A DNA stretch of 64,000 nt. Source: Synergistaceae bacterium. Lineage in GTDB: Bacteria > Synergistota > Synergistia > Synergistales > Aminobacteriaceae. Shown here piece after piece: positions 61,100-64,000 of the stretch (positions within the stretch are counted from its first letter, which is position 1; each line of letters begins with the position of its first letter). Under the pieces are notes generated by a model. The model was not told the DNA's origin. It searched no databases and saw only the letters and a program-made list of their open reading frames with translations. A program made the translations under genes and the position numbers. Where the stretch lies: positions 31,024-95,023 of the forward strand of contig JAFRAH010000001.1 of assembly GCA_017405525.1 (NCBI GenBank), given 5' to 3'.

Positions 61100-61300
61100 T
61101 GCGAAAACATAATACGGTTACGTTTCCTTACTGTTTCAACGAGCTCGATACTCTGGACTTCCCAGTGTACCGCTTGTACGGCTCTCCTCAGTCATTACGG
61201 GGGCATCGTACACCCTTAGAGTTTAGGCTTTACTCAGCTAACCTCTCCAGATTCAAGGCGGCGTTAAAATCCCTGTCGATTACTTTTCCGCATTCGGGAC
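61100..61300 (-). ncRNA. expected location of the TnpB-associated omega (right-end) RNA scaffold; boundaries not determined
   Basis: Placed by analogy only, since omega RNAs span the tnpB 3' end plus the transposon right end. One 7-bp helix GGUGUAC/GUACACU is visible at 61148-61217. No fold was computed. Confidence 0.25.
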
Positions 61301-62354
61301 ACCTGAATATACGTTCTGACAGCTTCAGCTCTTTCCTCACATGGCCACAGCCTGAGCACTTCTTGGAGCTTGGGAAAAACCTGCCCGCAAATACAACCCT
61401 TATTCCTGCCTCTGATGCTTTGAGTTCTATCAGCCTCCGCAGCAAGTGCAGGTTCTGTTCCGCAACAGCCCTCGCAATATGTGAGTTCTTCATCATCCCC
61501 TGTATGTTCAAGTCCTCCATCACGATAGCTTGCGGCCTCATGCTTACTATTTCCCGCGCTGTCTGCCTGACGTATTCGTGCCTTTTGCGCCTTATTCTGC
61601 CGTAGATGTCCTGCACCCTGTATTTCTCCTTCAGGTAATTTTCCGAGCCCTTTTCCTTCCTCGACAAAATCCTCTGATGGTGCTTGAGCTGCCTGGTCAG
61701 CCTCTTCATCCTGTGGTTACGGTTGATGTTCCTGAACACACGCTTGCGTCCTCCACAGCTCACTACGGCCAGTGATTTCACCCCTACGTCTATTCCCATG
61801 TTCACACTCCGCAAAGTCATTCCCGGCTTTTCCGGCTGTACTTCTACCGCGCACTTCAGAAGCCACCTGCCACACTCGAACTTCACCCGTGCATTGTAGA
61901 ACTTCAAGCCCTCAAGGTTGCATTTAGCCTTGAACCTCACCCAGCCGATTTTTTCGAGATAGATGCGGTTATGCTCATCAGCCTTCACTTTCCCGGAACG
62001 TGTACAGAATGACGGCGTGCATTTTCCCTTAGCCTTGAACTTGGGCATTCCCCCGGTCTTCCCTGCCTTAAGCCGCCGGAGAAAATTCCTGTATGCCATG
62101 TTCAAATCTATCAGCGCATTGGCCTCGACTTGCCGGGAAACTTCTTTCAGCCACTTGAACCCTTCACTGTTTCGGAGCTCCGTGAACTTCCGCTTCAACT
62201 CGTACACACTAAGAAGCCTCTTGCTCTCTGCGTATGAGTCCCGCTGAACCTGCAGCCCCCAGTTCCACACCCAGCGCGCTGTGCCTGCATTCTGCCACAA
62301 TAACCCCACCTGAACCTTCAACGGAAACAAACGTATCACCATTGCCTTGTACAT
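61230..62354 (-). CDS. tnpB: RNA-guided endonuclease TnpB (IS200/IS605-family accessory protein)
   Basis: RuvC-I GIDVGVKSLAVV, RuvC-II IVMEDLNIQGM, zinc ribbon CSGCGH...FRCPECG and RuvC-III IDRDFNAALNL. ATG 62354 is preceded by an AAGGGGGG SD; the track's GTG 62363 is the alternative. Confidence 0.9.
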   Translation of the reverse strand: MYKAMVIRLFPLKVQVGLLWQNAGTARWVWNWGLQVQRDSYAESKRLLSVYELKRKFTELRNSEGFKWLKEVSRQVEANALIDLNMAYRNFLRRLKAGKTGGMPKFKAKGKCTPSFCTRSGKVKADEHNRIYLEKIGWVRFKAKCNLEGLKFYNARVKFECGRWLLKCAVEVQPEKPGMTLRSVNMGIDVGVKSLAVVSCGGRKRVFRNINRNHRMKRLTRQLKHHQRILSRKEKGSENYLKEKYRVQDIYGRIRRKRHEYVRQTAREIVSMRPQAIVMEDLNIQGMMKNSHIARAVAEQNLHLLRRLIELKASEAGIRVVFAGRFFPSSKKCSGCGHVRKELKLSERIFRCPECGKVIDRDFNAALNLERLAE

Positions 62355-62443
62355 CCGATGCACCCCCCTTCGGAAGGCACTGTATTATGTCCTCGCACCT
62401 CCTCCTTTCTGTTTGGATTTGTTCGCGGCTTTCGTTGTTGCGC

Positions 62444-62486
62444 AATAAAAATCAGGGCGGCCCGTTACCTCCAAGCCTGACCCTGA
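62444..62486 (-). terminator. hairpin plus U-run upstream of tnpB (left-end insulator-type terminator)
   Basis: The minus-strand RNA reads UCAGGGU..GGCUUG-loop-CGGGCC..GCCCUGA followed by UUUUUAUU. No minus-strand gene lies upstream for it to terminate. Confidence 0.45.
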
Positions 62487-62586
62487 CGATTATGTGCGTA
62501 TATAGGGTATTGGCTTCTTAGTTCCCCGCCAGCATCATGGCCAGACAGGAGAGCCTTAGTGCTGAAATATACCACAAGGCGGCTCA

Positions 62587-63036
62587 TTGCGCAATTTCCC
62601 GGCATCAAGGGGCTGGATTATTTGTGAAAATTATTTCTCGGTGCTAGAATTGCCGAAACAATCCCAAAATAACGAGAAGTTCTACACAACCAATAACGGA
62701 GGTTATTCATCAATAGCCAATACCGACGTATCACTGCTCAAAATCGGCAAAGATTCTTCCGACAGTTCCCTTACGCTGAAACTTGAAGGCAGGCTCGACT
62801 CAACGACAGCTCCAGTTCTTGAGGCTGAATTGAAGGGCGGGCTCAACGACATAACCGACTTGGTATTTGACTTGTCGGCTCTTGAGTTCATTTCTTCGGC
62901 GGGGCTTCGTGTCCTTCTCCTTGCACAGAAGGCCATGAAGAAACAGGGCACTATGATAATCAGGCACCCAATCCAAGATGTCATTAACGTCTTCGAGATT
63001 ACGGGCTTCAAGCGTATCTTCAACATCGAGAAATGA
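62587..63036 (+). CDS. STAS-domain protein (anti-sigma-factor antagonist, SpoIIAA/RsbV type)
   Basis: LTLKLEGRLDSTTAPVLEAEL...LVFDLSALEFISSAGLRVLLLAQK...VFEITGF, with the conserved Ser in ISSAGL. The domain begins near 62730. The start is uncertain (TTG 62587 is the only in-frame candidate; GGAGG at 62698). Confidence 0.7.
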   Translation: MRNFPASRGWIICENYFSVLELPKQSQNNEKFYTTNNGGYSSIANTDVSLLKIGKDSSDSSLTLKLEGRLDSTTAPVLEAELKGGLNDITDLVFDLSALEFISSAGLRVLLLAQKAMKKQGTMIIRHPIQDVINVFEITGFKRIFNIEK

Positions 63037-63341
63037 CGGAGGCTCTAAGGAATCCCATCGGCAGGAAGGTTCGCCGCCTCGTGGTGAACGTAGCACTTTC
63101 TGCCCTTCTCGTTACGAGCATAATTGCAATCGTGAGCATGTACAACATTAGGGAAAAGAACAAGGAAATACTCATTACCCAGATGGAGGCCAGCCTCTAC
63201 AACACCATCAAGGACAAGGCCAGGTTCGCGGACTCAGAGCTTGGGAAGTACTTGGAGTACGCGAATATGTTTGCGGATTACGTCAGCGTTCTCTACCGCA
63301 ACCCGTCAAAGTTCGTACCCAATGAAGTCCTTCCTCACTAA
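63033..63341 (+). CDS. N-terminal fragment of a dCache-type sensor protein (TM + first long helix)
   Basis: TM LVVNVALSALLVTSIIAIVSMY, then the helix ITQMEASLYNTIKDKARFADSELGKYLEYANMFADYV typical of dCache_1 N-termini. The ATG overlaps the STAS stop. Terminates at TAA 63339-41. Confidence 0.6.
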   Translation: MTEALRNPIGRKVRRLVVNVALSALLVTSIIAIVSMYNIREKNKEILITQMEASLYNTIKDKARFADSELGKYLEYANMFADYVSVLYRNPSKFVPNEVLPH

Positions 63342-64000
63342 TACCAGAAATGGAGGCCGTTTTTCCATGCTCAGGATTCTCCGCAGCGAAGATATTACCT
63401 ATGAGTCCATCAAGCAGGAAATAGATCTTCTCGGCAACCTCGAACAGGTCTGGATACCCTTCCAGCGGCAGCACCGCGAAGTCGCTATATTCCTCGCGGC
63501 CAAAGCAGGAGTGCTTATAGCTTACGACATTGCGCTCTACAACCCCGAACCCGGCAAGCCAGATGTGTATTACGACTTCACGGGCTCATCATGGTATAGG
63601 CGGTGCGAAAAGACTCAGGCTACAGGCTTCACTGATGTCTACGATGACCATTGGGGGCGCGGGAAAATGATGACTGCCTTTGCTCCGTTCTATGACGGCG
63701 GGGGGAACTTTGCCGGGGCTATGGGTATGGACATACTGATAACCGACCTCTACCGCTCAATAGTGGCTATCGACATGGGAAGGGGGGCATATGCTTTCCT
63801 CGTTGACCACAACGGGAAAATCATCAGCAGTCCCGACAGCCCCAACGCAGAAACGGCCATGCTCACCGATGACCCGGACATCACCCCGGAGATAGCGCGC
63901 GAGATACTCACAGGACGTACTAGCGTGGCACTCTCAGGAAGTGAGACCTATTACGCCTATACCCCCATAAGGTCAACCGGCTGGAAGCTCTGCATCAAGA
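63322..64000 (+). CDS. dCache-domain continuation in the +1 frame, open to the window end (partial)
   Basis: YDFTGSSWYRRCEKTQATGFTDVYDDHWGRGKMMTAFAPFYDGGGNFAGAMGMDILITDL...GAYAFLVDHNGKIISSPD is a typical Cache ligand-binding module. This frame is open across the stop of the preceding fragment. Confidence 0.65.
   Translation, partial: MKSFLTNTRNGGRFSMLRILRSEDITYESIKQEIDLLGNLEQVWIPFQRQHREVAIFLAAKAGVLIAYDIALYNPEPGKPDVYYDFTGSSWYRRCEKTQATGFTDVYDDHWGRGKMMTAFAPFYDGGGNFAGAMGMDILITDLYRSIVAIDMGRGAYAFLVDHNGKIISSPDSPNAETAMLTDDPDITPEIAREILTGRTSVALSGSETYYAYTPIRSTGWKLCIK

Larger units (their letters stand above)
61100..62520 (-). mobile_element. IS200/IS605-family element carrying only tnpB (no tnpA); ends approximate
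   Basis: tnpB plus about 130 nt of 3' flank and about 130-170 nt of 5' flank containing a left-end-type hairpin. No Y1 transposase ORF on either side. The ends cannot be fixed from one copy. Confidence 0.5.

Noticed and set aside
61099-61605. 168-aa + strand ORF opposite tnpB
   Set aside because: It is antisense to a TnpB gene with all catalytic motifs. It is not a TnpA, having no HUH or Y1 motifs.
62444-62486. SRP (4.5S) RNA domain-IV-like sequence GUCAGG...GG in the hairpin upstream of tnpB
   Set aside because: The flanks do not extend into the long helix needed for SRP RNA, and the GGAA tetraloop and AGCA loops are not reproduced. It is better explained as an IS left-end or terminator hairpin.
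63330-63345. Programmed +1 ribosomal frameshift at the Cache sensor junction
   Set aside because: There is no RF2-like slippery CUU-UGA-C context and no upstream SD-like stimulator. A mutation or a sequencing error is more parsimonious.

Overview
This is a chromosomal window from a diderm bacterium. The operon synteny is Firmicutes-like: hrcA-grpE-dnaK with CIRCE, prmA-mtaB, phoH-pgpH-ybeY-CNNM and infC-rpmI-rplT-pheST-zapA. A Synergistota-like or Negativicutes-like origin is only a low-confidence guess. Most of the window is housekeeping.

Main blocks:
- 1-15.7 kb: a near-complete but rearranged type II secretion (Gsp) cluster, J-K-L-M-N-C-I-D-E-F. Its major pseudopilin genes gspG-gspH are separated from the rest and boxed in by two opposite-strand glycan modules. 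One glycosyltransferase there is split by a G12 homopolymer.
- 15.8-31.9 kb: hemC, a cobA/hemD fusion, an esterase, an NBD-only Hsp70-like gene, mtaB, prmA, a Sel1-repeat protein, CapA, MazG, a biotin-less carboxyltransferase and the phoH operon.
- 32-35.5 kb: the dnaK operon.
- 35.6-40.2 kb: GT2, then a GH1 / ankyrin / PTS-EIIBCA beta-glucoside unit.
- 40.3-44.4 kb: methyltransferase, mutS and a ttcA-like gene.
- 44.5-53.2 kb: a nine-gene V-type ATPase operon.
- 53.3-55.6 kb: a solitary 767-aa flagellin with a VWA/MIDAS domain in its variable region.
- 55.8-61.1 kb: the infC to zapA chain.
- 61.2-62.4 kb: a solo, catalytically intact tnpB directly upstream of infC.
- 62.6-64 kb: a STAS protein followed by a frameshifted dCache sensor.

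I saw no rRNA, tRNA or CRISPR array by eye.

The observations I rank highest are the VWA-bearing flagellin, the G12-interrupted GT4 beside gspG, and the TnpB element upstream of infC. I found no clear-cut new multi-gene system. All functional calls come from motif recognition by eye and need HMM or BLAST confirmation.
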